Source: Vicugna vicugna (Eukaryota). Taken from it: 64,000 nt of DNA. The translations under genes and the position numbers were made by a program. This document shows, one piece after another, positions 27,221-39,479 of the stretch (position 1 is its first letter; each line of letters opens with the position of its first letter). The stretch is taken from positions 248,001-312,000 of the forward strand of contig MU058824.1 of the NCBI GenBank assembly GCA_013265495.1, written 5' to 3'. Under the pieces are notes generated by a model. That model did no database searches, had not been told where the DNA came from, and worked only from the letters and a program-made list of their open reading frames with translations.

Positions 27221-28055
27221 GTAGTTTCTGTTATTTTGAATGTACTATAACTTACCCATTTTACTGTCAATAGACATTTGGATTTTTTCCACTAAATGGG
27301 TGTATTTAAAACTTTGTAGATTTCACTATTAATAATCCTTGTAAAATTTACACATAAACATTGATTTGATGGTATTTTCTTACCCATCAAACTTTAGGTC
27401 TGATAGGTCAAGAAAAGGCATCGTAATTATTTAGCAAAGAACTTGTCAGGGTTCTAAAAATTTTATAGTAAGCATCCCCATTTATGAAATATATATATTG
27501 CTATTTGTCATTTTCTGCCACTTGAAATATATAGGAGCCCCTTTGTGAAACACTGGTGAGAAGTTTCAGAGATCTTCTCAGATAGAAGAACATCCTGCTT
27601 TGATTCAGTGTGGCTGGACTGAACAGAATACAATGTATTTAATACACTTTGCCTGTTTAAAATTCTGTTTTAAGTGTTTTGTCTGGGTATTGGAAAGTTT
27701 GATATTACCAGAATCTTACGCATCTGTCAGGATGACATTACTTAGTCACAAGGAAGTGTTGGCAGTCAGAGTCTCTGTTAAATATGATCACTAGGGCTTC
27801 GAGAATGTCCTGTTAAGCCTGGGAAAATGCTGGTTGTTAGGCTTCCTGAAACCCATAAAATCTGGGAGAGCAGCTGATTCCTCACTGCATTTGCTTGTTT
27901 AGCTCTGGTAAGACCCAGTTTTTATTAGCTTTGTGGGGTTTTACCAGAAAACACCATGTTTCTTAGAAGGACATTTTTAGTTTTGGAAAGTATTGATAGG
28001 GCGGTTTTCCCATATGTGTTGGTTCACTGTCTTGTTCCTGTCTCTGCTGTTGCAG

Positions 28056-28266
28056 GGACAAGCTATGGGGGGTCTGTGTCTCCATGCTGGCTCTCCTGCC
28101 ACGAGTCCTACGGTTGATGCTGCAGAGCCTGCGGGTGAACAGAGCTGGGCCTGAGGAGCTGCCTGTTGTGGGCCAGCTGCTTCGCCTGCTGCTTCAGCAT
28201 GCACCCCTCAGGACTCATATGTTGACCAATGCCATCTTGGTGCAGCAGATCATCAAGAATATCACA
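28056..28266 (+). CDS. TEX10: TEX10 penultimate coding exon, 211 nt
   Basis: ttgcag|G...ATCACA|gtaaga; [70 protein letters not shown]. Confidence 0.94.
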
Positions 28267-28519
28267 GTAAGAAAAGAAGCTTGGGGAACAAGGACTTTGT
28301 ACTGTTCGCACTAGATTCATGGGCATGGCGGGTGCTCCTGGGAGGCCACGGTTCCTGTGTGTTGACTGACTCTTGGGATTAAGCCCAGTGTGGTGATACC
28401 TTCTGGCTTCCCCTGCTGTCTAGTCCCTGACTGTCACATAACCAGGGGGGTGTCTTTGATCCCAGAATCAGTAATGAAAGCCTTCAAATACTCAAATGAA
28501 TTAAGATGGCAGGCTGCTT

Positions 28520-28757
28520 AGTTGGAAAAGGTACAGGCATCAGAGTCACTGCTGCCTGGATTGTGATGCAGATTCTATTGATTAACTATGATAGTTGGTG
28601 GGGTTTTTCTTTTTTACCTCTCTCTGAGCTTGTTTTCCTAGCTGTAAAAATGGGAATAATAGCAGCTACATTGGGTTTTGGTGACCATTAAATGAGATCA
28701 TCCAAGTAAAGTTTATACCGCATCTGTATCACATTAAGTACCCAACAAATATTAGCT
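28520..28757 (+). mobile_element. MIR SINE
   Basis: acctctctgagcttgttttcctagctgtaaaaatgggaataata...attaaatgagat...aaatattagct. Confidence 0.7.
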
Positions 28758-28775
28758 GTCATTAAAGATATTTAG

Positions 28776-28920
28776 GGGGAGGGGACAGCGCAAGTAGTAG
28801 AGAGCATGCTTAGCACACTCGAGGTCCTGGGTTCAATCTCCAGTACCTCCATTAAAATAAATTAATTAATTAAACCTAATTACCCCTCCCCCCCAACAAA
28901 AACTATATTTAAAAAAAAAG
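28776..28920 (+). mobile_element. tRNA-derived SINE, Vic-1-like, with TSD
   Basis: ggggaggggacagcgcaagtagtagag...gaggtcctgggttcaatctccagtacctcc, A-rich tail; TSD gatatttag at 28767-28775 and 28921-28929. Confidence 0.85.
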
Positions 28921-29688
28921 GATATTTAGCAAGAATAAACTACAGGCCTATTTCTAGTCACTTAGTTCACTTGAAGAGAAGGATGTTGGAATTGCAGGCT
29001 TCATCTTTGTCTAATGGTTGGTTCTGTATTTACCTGGGGCAGGCAGCTCTGTTGTCTAGGGGTCCTTTTGTGTTTTTGGTTTGGGAGTTAAAGAGAGGTT
29101 TTTGGTATAGGTATTTGGGGGGGTCAGTTATTGATCGCTATTATGTAATAATACTTCAAAGAGTTTATACATGCATATAACACAGGTGTGCGTTCTGAAT
29201 TTTCTTAGTAATGGAAGAAGATGCAGAAAATTCAGAAATAGTAGAAAGGAAGAAAAGTAAAGGATTTGGATTATTCTGAGGTTGGAGAACCAGCCCATCT
29301 CTATAAGGAAGAGAATGACAAATTACCTGTTGGCCCTATAAAATTATTTTAATAGTTGATGTTAGTGCAAAGATCATGAGATGCTAGAATACCAAGAGGA
29401 GGAAGTCCAGTATGTCGGAGTGGTTAAACGGTGAGATTTCATCAGTCCCTAGCCAGAGTAGGAGGGAAGAGCCCAACAAGAAACCAGTAGCACTTGTACT
29501 TGAGGATTAACTAGGAATTTTCACTACCAGTGGTAATGCCCAATAAATAGGTTCCCTTTTTCAGTGAGATTTTCTGTGGTAATTTATACATGATGATACC
29601 TTGGCAAGGACTTAGATCTTGTTTGGGTGTGAAAACTGTCAGGGAGCAGTTTTGGTACAACTCTCATTACTCTTGTGTTTCTCTGCAG

Positions 29689-29802
29689 ACATTGAAGAGT
29701 GGAGGTGTGCAGGAGCAGTGGCTCACAGACTTACATTATTGCTTCAACATGTACATCACTGGGCATCCCCAGGGGCCCAGTGCATTGAGTACAGTATATT
29801 GA
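29689..29802 (+). CDS. TEX10: TEX10 terminal coding exon with stop codon
   Basis: ctctgcag|[40 protein letters not shown] then TGA at 29800-29802; matches the TEX10 C-terminus as I recall it. Confidence 0.95.
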   Translation, partial: TLKSGGVQEQWLTDLHYCFNMYITGHPQGPSALSTVY

Positions 29803-29833
29803 AAAGGCACCATGCACCTCCTGTTTGAAATTG

Positions 29834-29839
29834 TTTATT
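29834..29839 (-). terminator. Candidate distal INVS polyadenylation signal (AATAAA on -)
   Basis: tttatt on + at 29834-29839, lying inside the TEX10 3' UTR. Confidence 0.5.
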
Positions 29840-29869
29840 CACATCTAATTTTGAAAAGAGACTGATGTA

Positions 29870-29889
29870 ATTAAATGTTTGTCATTAAA
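29870..29889 (+). terminator. Candidate TEX10 polyadenylation signals (two ATTAAA)
   Basis: ATTAAA at 29870-29875 and 29884-29889, about 70-85 nt after the stop, followed by GT/T-rich sequence (gttgtttatg). Confidence 0.65.
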
Positions 29890-30620
29890 GCTGAACTTTT
29901 AAAGAAGTTGTTTATGAACTTTCCTTTGCACTGAAATAGGAAACGTTCCTTCTGATGCACAGGCTGGCTTCCTGGACTAGCACGTGGTATGTGGCTATGA
30001 GTGGTTACAAGTGGTAGGGTACTGTGTATTTCATAGCAAGATATATACAAAATACAGAGTGATGATATGGTACCTTCTGTTACTAAGGAATTAGCTGAAT
30101 CTTTGCAGTCTCTTCCAGGCAAACCTTTGTGTTCTCAGCTCCAGGCTAGTTTGGGGTTTTGTTTGGGAGTGGCTGTCCTTATCCGTCACAACATGCAGCT
30201 TCTCACTATAGAGTTCTGTTGTTTACAGAGGATTTTTAGCCCTCTGTGCAGTGGCAAGATTTCAAGACAGTGCTATAGTTTTGTATTTTCCTACACCTAA
30301 ATCAATGCTTGGTCTGATCTAGATAATGCTTACAAAATTAGTTTCTACTAATGATCCATTTTAACAGTTCTTAATTTCTATTATAAGCTTTTTCATAATA
30401 ATGAAGTAATTTAACTGGACAACTGTAAAAAAAAGAATCCAGGTAATTAACACTACTGCTTCCTATCTCTTACTGTCAGGACAGGGGTGGCTTAAAATCT
30501 TAAAATGGGAAGCAGTCCTAGAAACATTTGTGAGCCTAATATGTCACTGTTTCTTCCTACTGTCTATATTCCTAGTAGCTTTGCCCTTAAAATGTGTGAA
30601 AAAGCCCACAATCACTGCAT

Positions 30621-30626
30621 TTTATT
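30621..30626 (-). terminator. Candidate proximal INVS polyadenylation signal (AATAAA on -)
   Basis: tttatt on + about 850 nt downstream of the INVS stop. Confidence 0.4.
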
Positions 30627-31473
30627 TAAACCAGGTGTTCTTAGAGACCTAGAATGCATATTTAGTATTTTCCCCTGCCAAAGGAATGGCATTTTGACAA
30701 GGTTGCTCACCTCTGCAGGTCAGGCAGAAAATGCAAGTGCAATGTTAAGGCCCGAATTGGCACCTTTTGCATGAATGATCTGCTCTGTGAACCTGCCGGA
30801 TGGATTCCATGGTGCTGATACCGCTGCTGGTGCTCGGCAGTAGGAACGCCATGCACAGAGGACGTGGCAGCATCCTGTGGCCTTCAGAGGCTGACACAGG
30901 GACTGTAAATGTAAGCAGTCAACAGAGTGTACCTGTTAACAGTCTTACAAAATTTCTAAAAGACACTGGGTCATGATTCTGGTCTAAAAATTAAAACTGA
31001 TACTGTTGTAATAACAGGATGTGGTATCTGCAATGAAGTTCCTTGCATTAGGTCCCAGGAAAGTAGTGAAATGCAGGCAGCTGCTGTAGGACAGCCTCCT
31101 CCCCATCTCATTAGTTCTTCACTGGAGCCAACAAACCAAGGTCGCAGCAGCTGGCAGGCAGAAATCCCACCACAGCAGCCCTTTTAGTGCTCACATTCTG
31201 AGTTTGACTTAGACTGTTAATTAGGAATTCCCTTTCCAGCCTTACTGACCAGCATGGAGGCAGCCAGCTAAGCAGTTTTGCATGGGAGTAGTCTACCTTG
31301 GTCCTTTCAGCACAGGCTAGGCATTTACTTAACAGTGCTATGTGACAGCAGGAAGGAAACACTGGCATTTCCTGTTGTTACCACATTTTCAGGCTGATAA
31401 AGCTTCGGACATGGATATTAAAGTTCTCCCAAAGTGTGAAAGATTATCAGCAAGAACTTGAAATCTGCACTAG

Positions 31474-31622
31474 CTATTTTGTGCTCCTCCGGGTACAGTC
31501 TTCCTCCAGAGGCAGTCGAAGCTTTGTTTTGGTTTTTGATGTATTAGCTGATTGCAGGTTATAAGAAAAATTCCTTGATCTTCCACTGTTCTCAAGGAGT
31601 TGTATACACTGCAAGTTGCTCA
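31474..31622 (-). CDS. INVS: INVS terminal coding exon (probably exon 17), 149 nt including stop
   Basis: On -: tttttaacag|TG AGC AAC...; (V)SNLQCIQLLENSGRSRNFSYNLQSANTSKTKTKLRLPLEEDCTRRSTK then TAG; read manually. Confidence 0.9.
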
Positions 31623-34403
31623 CTGTTAAAAACAAATACCAGAGAGAGATGCAGATTTATTAATTTTAATGCTGAAGGGAAGAGTTCCCTGATGGGGAGG
31701 AAAAAGGGTTTGGGTTGGACTATCCATGAGGCTAAAGGGATGACTAGTTTATTGTAGAGACTGGATGATTTATCAGCCTTGCATTCTCCATCTCTAAGAT
31801 GCTTGACATCTCTCTAAGGAAAGAACCTGGACTGGGAGGGGCAGGTGTTTGAGAAGCCAGGACTGGAACACAGGTCTTCAGTCTGCCTGGAATTACGGGG
31901 ATGATACTGCTTTTCTCTGTGCCTCTCTAACAACATGAACATATACAGACGTGTAATTTTCCATGTGCCACGTACTTGGCTATAGTCCATTCTAGACAAC
32001 AGGTTCATTTGAAAACTATTCAGGTGGTAGACTGATAGGCATATTAGACTTGAAGTGGATATTTTAGGCCTTTTTATGACTTTATTACAAACGTAAAGGA
32101 TGCTCCAGTTGGAAAGTGAGTGGTGTGCTCAGCCCTCTCACTCAATAAATGAGGATGCTGAGCACCTAGGCAGTTAAGAGACCTTGCTCAGGCCATGCTG
32201 CTCTATGTTGTCCTAACGAACAAAGAAGCAAACATGAAAGGTAAGTAGTTTCTTAAAAGTTACAAAAATATGTCTTACTTTCTCTTCTGGTTTTATTACT
32301 ATTACTTCAATAAAGTTAAAGTGAACTGCTTTGGAACTCGTGTGTCTTTGGCTGTCTTCACTCCATCAAGTCTTGAGTTGTCACCTGCATACTCTCTGTA
32401 GGTGGGCAGGAACATTCTGCCTTCACACAGGGGTACCAGTAATCCCTTAAGCCATGGTTATTCTATTTACTGGGATGGAATTTTTTAAAGGAAGTTCTTT
32501 TATTTTTAAAGAGAGGGGCCTCCAAATTTAGGACATTACATGTATGCTCTCTGATCGTTAATTACTATGCAGCTGTTCTTTGTGGGTGTGTATGTAGGTG
32601 GTTTGCAGGGTGGGTACAGAAGACAGGAGAATGTGGTTGTCTCCTGAATGCATGTAGAGAAAGTCCAAGGAGGCTTTTACTTTGCCATTTCCAGCTCACT
32701 TTCTGCTCCTTTTGAAGACGTAAAGGCAATACTAAAGCCTCCCCCTACGTTGATGGCTAGAGCAACAGTCTTCACTCAGATGAGTGTGAGCACGTATGAT
32801 GTGCAAACAACTTACTAAAACTAAGTAGAACAGTGAGCAGAATCCCAAGATCCTTAACCTTGTGGAATTCTCAAAGCAAAAGATGAAGAGTCTATTCAAG
32901 GTGAAGACAAAAGTTAATGGTTTCTCCTTGGTTCAGTTTGGCATCTGTGATTCCACAGGATCAGAAACTTACATGGATGTCCAAGTCATGGAAATTTACA
33001 GACACGTATTCTGTATAAAGCACATGCTGCAGCAAAACTGGCTGACAGCTCTGACTGACCATCAGTCTTATTCACAGGTTAGTGGTTAACGTGGGTGGGT
33101 GGCCTCAAAAAACATTTGTCCAAGTTTCAGTGTTGGAAAAGATTCTAAGTTCTTGTCCGTTTTCAAGCCAGTGTAGGACAAACAAGCTGTTTGTTCATAT
33201 GAGGGCTTAAGAAACTACTAAGTATTTCTTTGAATTTGTTTATTCTGTCCTTTAACTAAAAACCTTTTATGCTGCTAAACACTTTCATTTCTAAAGATTT
33301 GGTAGTCCTGGGCTTTTCTCTTGAGACAAAGTAAAAAATGCTCAAAAATTTATAATATTTGATTACCTAAATGCTAGTTCTTTGGCAGTTTTATCTGACA
33401 GTTGTTTTTGAAACCACTCTTCAGATCACTCAACAAGAGTTGTGGTTTTTTTTTTTTTTAACATAGAACTATGGGCCTGATACCTTACAAAAGATTCTAA
33501 TTGCCACACCCATCAACTCCTGATCAGCCTGCCTATATTACATGGGTTGCCCAACTCTTAACTAGCTTTGGCATTAATTCTTGTCCCCCCACCTCCAGCT
33601 ACCATCCCAACCCCTGTCAAAAACTAAATGAATGTTAAAGTTCATGCTGACAGTCATTGTTCACCTTCCCAGCTGCGCTCAGTTTCTGCGGGATGACCGA
33701 GGAGCAGGGACTGGGGGGAGCATGTTGCCATAGTCACCCATGAGAAACACCGGACCTGGCATTAGCTGCTGACAGCACTGAACTTATCATCCAAACTTAA
33801 TGCTGGCATGAATGAAGGGGCCCTGAGTAAAACACTCTCGTCTTGTGATTAAAAAGAAAGTTCCCTGAGCTGCTTCTATATGAGTAAAAGTGTGCACAGT
33901 TGAGCCTGAGCTGGACATGGTATTAAAATATTAAGTGTCGTCCTCATGGGACGTTTGCCCAAAGGGTAAAAGCCAGAATTTGTGGTCAAGGGACTTCTTC
34001 CCATCTGTGGGAAGGAGATGGAGAATCTTAATGTGAAACCAAAACAGAACAAGAACTTCCAAAGAATTACTTGGAGAATGACAGTATTTGTATTTTCCCC
34101 TCCTTTACACGAACAGGGATGTACAAGTGATCAGTAATAGGCTCCGTGTATTGTTTCTGCTGGAGATAACGCTAACAGCTTTTGGTTGTAAAAATAGCCT
34201 GCCTCTTGTGGAGAGATGTTGACTGCAGTGATAATTCCATGAAAGGGGGATGAAAAACACATGCATACCTGAAATCGAATGACCACTGGAACCCCCTGGC
34301 AGTCTGTTCTAACGTCTTTCACCTTTGGGGATGAAACAAAAAACGGAACTATTTCCCCAGGTGGTCTCCCCAGCCTGCTTTGCCTGTTCAGTGGCTGCCT
34401 TAC

Positions 34404-34475
34404 CTGAATTGAGATGCAGTACAGAATGGGCTTTTGAAGATCTTGTGGGTTGGCGTACTTTCCCTTCTTGAGAAC
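34404..34475 (-). CDS. INVS: INVS small coding exon (probably exon 16), 72 nt
   Basis: On -: gattttag|GT TCT CAA...AAT TCA G|gtaagg; GSQEGKVRQPTRSSKAHSVLHLNS; phase 1/1. Confidence 0.88.
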
Positions 34476-35237
34476 CTAAAATCAACCAACAACGATCATC
34501 TATTTCTGACCAGTGACAGCTATGGCCTGGCCAAGTTCTTAATTGCTTATTGAGGTGAAAGCTTGAACTTGCACGTGTCTCTGCTAAGATAAATAAGGTA
34601 TGGTGTGGAAAAAATCATGCAAGCCCAGGGTCAAGTCCTGAGATTTTGCTGCCAGGGCCACAGATCTGTTGCTAAAGGTGCTCTGACTTTTTTTCTGTTG
34701 GGGAGCTAGCTGGGTGTGTTCTCTGCTGAGTTTATTTGGATGGGCACTTTCCAGAGCTGGAAGTCTTTCACTATGCAGCAGTTCATCTGCTAAACAAGTA
34801 CTCATAGCAGTGCTTGGATCTGGGGCATTCCCACAGATGGGCGCCCCTGTACTGTCTAAGCATAGGGAAGATCAATGTGAGGAGGCAGGGTCTGCCTGTG
34901 CCTGGAGTCCTCTAAACGGGGAACTTAAGGGAAAGACAGGCAGCAGCCTGGAGAGGTTGCAGTGGTGAGGCTTTTAGGCATGAAGCCCAGCAGAGAATCT
35001 TTCGGCCAGAAGGCTCTCTCTTGAGATGCCAGAATGCCTCAAGAACCCATTCTGACCCTGAATTGCTGGATGGGAGGCACTAATGTGATGCTGAGAATTC
35101 TCTTGGTGCTTGGAAGTATAATAGAGTTCCTACCTGAATGGAAGTTTGCCCAATATAATTAAATCCCATTTCAAATTCTGATGTGACACTTTGGAGGAGC
35201 TTGTTGTAAACTACAAAGTACCTAGAAGGACAGTTAC

Positions 35238-35467
35238 CGTAGATTTGCTTGAGCACTGAATGCCTGGTGGGCTTTGTGCCCGAGCCGCCCTTGGATGGAC
35301 TCTTGGTGGTCCTGCTTACTGCCGAGGTCTTTGGAGGTTTCAGTTCCAGTTCCTTCCTCCAAACCTGGAGGATCAAAGTCATGCATTCTCGGTTCCATCT
35401 GTCCATATCTCTGACTCCAAGCTGCTTCATGTGTAGAAGGTGGGACAGGTGCTTCCTGAGCTGATAG
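35238..35467 (-). CDS. INVS: INVS coding exon (probably exon 15), 230 nt; end of second IQ motif
   Basis: On -: ccccacag|C TAT CAG...ATC TAC G|gtaact; YQLRKHLSHLLHMKQLGVRDMDRWNRECMTLILQVWRKELELKPPKTSAVSRTTKSPSKGGSGTKPTRHSVLKQIY. Confidence 0.93.
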
Positions 35468-36049
35468 CTGTGGGGTCAGAGGAAGGGAGGGACTTTAAGA
35501 TAATAGTACTGAGAAAAACAACATTCCTTAAAGTTCCTAGAAGCTATAGGAATAGTATTTGCTGAACTCTTGGGAGATTCATTCAAGCTCCCATTCCTAA
35601 CCTCAGTGGCATGTTGGAATGCTGAATTCTGTCTTTGTCCATCAGTACTTCTTGGACTAGGAATCAATCAGATGGGTCCTTGCCCTCGAAATGGGATAGG
35701 CCAATGTGTAAACAAATATATGCAGAATGAGAAGTATTACGTGCAAGCAAGGAGCTAGATGGCTAATATTTGTGCTGGGTTTTAAGGGATGAGTAGGAGC
35801 TTGCTAGGCAGAGAAGGGCATTCGAGGTAGCAGCACTGGCATGAGCAGAGGTGCAGGAAAGTCAGTAATGTGAGAAGTGTGTGAAGCACTGTGTATTTGG
35901 TAAGGGAAGGAGGATGGAAGACAGCTACAGTGTGGAAGGGGCCATTTGGTCAGGATGTATATCAGGCACTTTCCCTATGATCAAGCCTGAAAATACATCT
36001 GTGAGGCAGATATGAATCTGACAAAGGCTGAGCAGAAGGGACATCACTG

Positions 36050-39000
36050 AGATGGCAACATAGGTCACTCCTGACTTTGCTCCCTCTCACAACAACCACC
36101 CCCACCACCAACTATTCATGGGCACCAGTGAGAAAATCCTAGAACATGGGAGTGAGGATGAAGCACTCCCTGCTCTAGAGACTGAGACACACAGCATTAG
36201 GATAAGAAGAGTAGCTACTTGCTGGAAGCTCTGCCCCTCCCTGAGGCTAGCACAGCCCCACACTGAGAGGTCTACACCGAGCCTGCAGTTCTTCTAGTGG
36301 GAAGACAGACTATTCTTCCAGTGAGAAGAGAGTTCAGAGTGGACACTCTGGGTTGCTTCTTGGGAGCTCTGGCTCTAGCTAGTCTCATTCCATGGGGACT
36401 GCCAGGGATGCTGTGGGGTTTAACCCCTGGGAATCCAATTGTGACAGAGAAGGGGTGAGGGGCTTGCAACAACCAGCATGTGGATCTTAGCAGATCCTAT
36501 CTGTAGAGTCCAAGTAGTAGACCCAACCAGTAGCTTTGTTCATCTGTAGACCAAGAAGGTGGCACAGTTTGCCCAGGGAGCTCAGTGGTGTGTAGCTTCC
36601 CCGATTCAGGACCTTAAACAAAAAACCTTGCTGGCCCTGGAGCCTAGGCTGACCCTGCCCAGCCAGGGGAGCTGAGTCATAGCCTACCCCATTGCTGAGT
36701 GTAGTTCTTGGCCCTTACCTGACAAGAAAGGCTGGCTGGACCACATTGAAGCTGCAGAGCCCAGCAGTGCACAAGACTATTGCACAGCAGCTGAGCTGAT
36801 CATCCACTGAACAAAGCCAGTAGCAATATTCAGCCTGGGAACTTGGAGAGCATGCCAGCTTGAATCAAGACCAAAAACAAAGAGCCTTGCCACCCTTGGA
36901 ACCAGTTTTCCCACTCTTCCTGGGCAAGGAAAGTAATTCACAGCCCCAGCCATTGCTGAATACAGCATTCAGCCCATCCAACCAGGGAACCTAACCAGCG
37001 CACACAGGAAGCTGCACGGCCCATCCACCAGCCCTTCCTACAGTGGCACTTGAAGAGAGAGCACATCCACGGCTTTCCCCCTTACACAATGAAACTGGTG
37101 CCTATGTCTGGCCAGGGAATTCAGTGCACAGTCTTGCCTCATTTGGGTCCCCAGACAGTGAGCTGTGCAGGTTCTGAGACCTGTCCTACTGTCCCACCAG
37201 AGCAGGAAAGCTAAATCACAGCCCTGCCCACTGCTGAGTGTATTACCGAGTCCTGACTAAGTAAGCCTGACCAGAGAACCCAGGCAACTGTAGAGCCCTA
37301 CATCCTTACTGGAGCAAGGAACCAAACCAGCAGCCTCAGCCAATGGTTCTCCGCCAGCAGTGGCAACACCCTCCTCCTCCCTCCCCCTGCCCTCAAACCT
37401 CAGAGCTTGGGCAGCGGCCCTCCCAAAAAGAGACAGCAAGCCCCACCTTCCCAAGGATGTTACCAGAAGACACATCCAGAAACTCAAACTGAGCTGACTG
37501 GTAAATAACTATCTCTGCCAAAGAAAACTTAGGAGAGGAGACTGCTTACTCAAATGTCCAGATACAAACATAAGGAATCAAGGATACAAAAAAAAAAAAA
37601 AAACAGGAAAACAAGAAATAAAAGGAAAAAAAAAAAAAAAAAAAATCAGGTAAACATGACATCAAAGGAAAAAAAAATCCAATAACTGACCTTAAAGAAA
37701 TGGAGATGTGTGAGACAAAGAATTCAGAAGTCTCTTAAAGAAGTTTAGTGAACTATAAGAACACAGATGGCCAAACAAAATTAGGAAAACAATGCTATAC
37801 AAAATAAGAAAAAGTTCAAAGAAATAGAAACCATCAAAAAAAAAAAAAAGCCAAACAGAAATTCTAGAACTGAAAAATACAGTAACTGAACTGAAGAATT
37901 CAATAGAGAGCTTCAAAAGAAATTTAACCATGCAGAAGAATCAGTGACCTAGAAGACAGGACACTTGAAAGTATCCAGTCAGAGAAGGCAAAAAGAAAAA
38001 AAAAATAGTGAAAAAAGCCTTCGCGACACAATCAGAAGAAACAATATCTGCATATGGGAATTCTAGAAGGAGAAGAGAAAGAATGGGACAGAAAGTATAT
38101 TTAAGTCAATAATGGCAGCAAGCTTCCCCAACCTGGGAAGAGAGATGGACATGCAGACCCATGAGGCCCAAAGGATCTCAAATAGGTTGAACCAGAATAG
38201 GGCTACACTGAGACACATAAATCAAACTGTCAAAAGTCAAAGACAAAAATAATTTTGAAAACAGTAAGAAAAAAAGAGACATTGCATACAAGTGAACTCC
38301 TGTAAGACTATAAGCATTTGACAGAAACTTCAGGAAAGAATGGGATGAAATGTTTAAAACACTGAAAGAAAAGAACTGTTAACCAAGAATACTATCCCTG
38401 ACAAAGCTGTCCTTCAAAAATTAAGGAGAGAGAGACTTGCCCAAACACGTAAGAGCTGAGAGAGCTCATCACCATCATACCTGCCTTACAAAAAATGCTG
38501 AAGGAAATTTTTGAGCAGAAGTAAAAGGACATTAATCATCATAAGAAGGTAGTGTAAAACTCACAGGTAATGGTAAACAGATAGTCAAAGTTACATTCTG
38601 TAGAATGGTAATGGTGGTGTGTAATTCACATACAACTCTAGTTTAAGAGTAAAACAAGTAGTAAAAATAACCATAACTACAATAACCTATTATTGGATAT
38701 ACAATATAAGAAATATGTAAAATGTAACATCAATAACCTAAAATGGGGGATGGAGGTAAAAGTATAAAATTTAGAAATGCTATCAAAGAAAAGTTATCAG
38801 TTTAAAATAGGGTGTTATGATTTTACGATATTTTATGTAAGCTTCATAATAACTGCAAGGGAAAAACCTATACTAATTATACAAAAGTACATGATAAAAG
38901 AAGTCAAAGCAGACTGATACCAAAAGGCACTGAAACACACACACACAAAAGACAGCAGGGTAAGAAACAAAGAACAATGGAACAAAACAGTCAGAAAGCA

Positions 39001-39380
39001 ATGAACAAATGACAATAGTAAATCCTTATCTATCAATAATTAGTTTAAATGTAAATGGATTAAATTCTCTAATCAAGACACAGAGTGGCTGAATGGATTA
39101 AAAAACAAGATCTACTAATATGCTACCTACAAGACACTCATTTTAGTTCTAGAAGAACACACAGGGTGCAGATATTTCAAGCAAATGGTAACAACAACAA
39201 AGGCGGGGGTAACTATAATTTATCAGACAAGACAGACTTTAAAACTGGTAAAAAGAGACAAAGAAGATCATTATATAATGATAAAGAGATCAATCCATCC
39301 AAAAGATATAACATTGTAAATATTTATGCACCCAGCATCAGAGCACCTAAATATATAAAGCAAAACTACCAGAGCTAACA
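36050..39380 (+). mobile_element. L1 5' portion: 5' UTR, decayed ORF1 and the endonuclease-coding start of ORF2; 3'-truncated
   Basis: A-rich ORF1-like region about 37550-38520; ORF2 start near 39009 (atcaataattagtttaaatgtaaatggattaaattctc); ORF 39085..39378 AEWIKKQDLLICYLQDTHF...IVNIYAPSIRAPKYIKQ is L1 endonuclease-like. Confidence 0.87.
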
Positions 39381-39479
39381 GAAGAGTAGTGATGAAGGCT
39401 GTATCTGATGGTGTTTATCCCACGTGCACTCCCAAGCTACAGAGCACGGCTGTTTTGGAGGCTCCCAAGGAAAGCTAGC

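Noticed and set aside
37588..37680. Poly(A) runs as the tail of a processed pseudogene
   Set aside because: They lie within the A-rich L1 ORF1 region, with no upstream mRNA-like sequence or TSD; likely homopolymer expansion.
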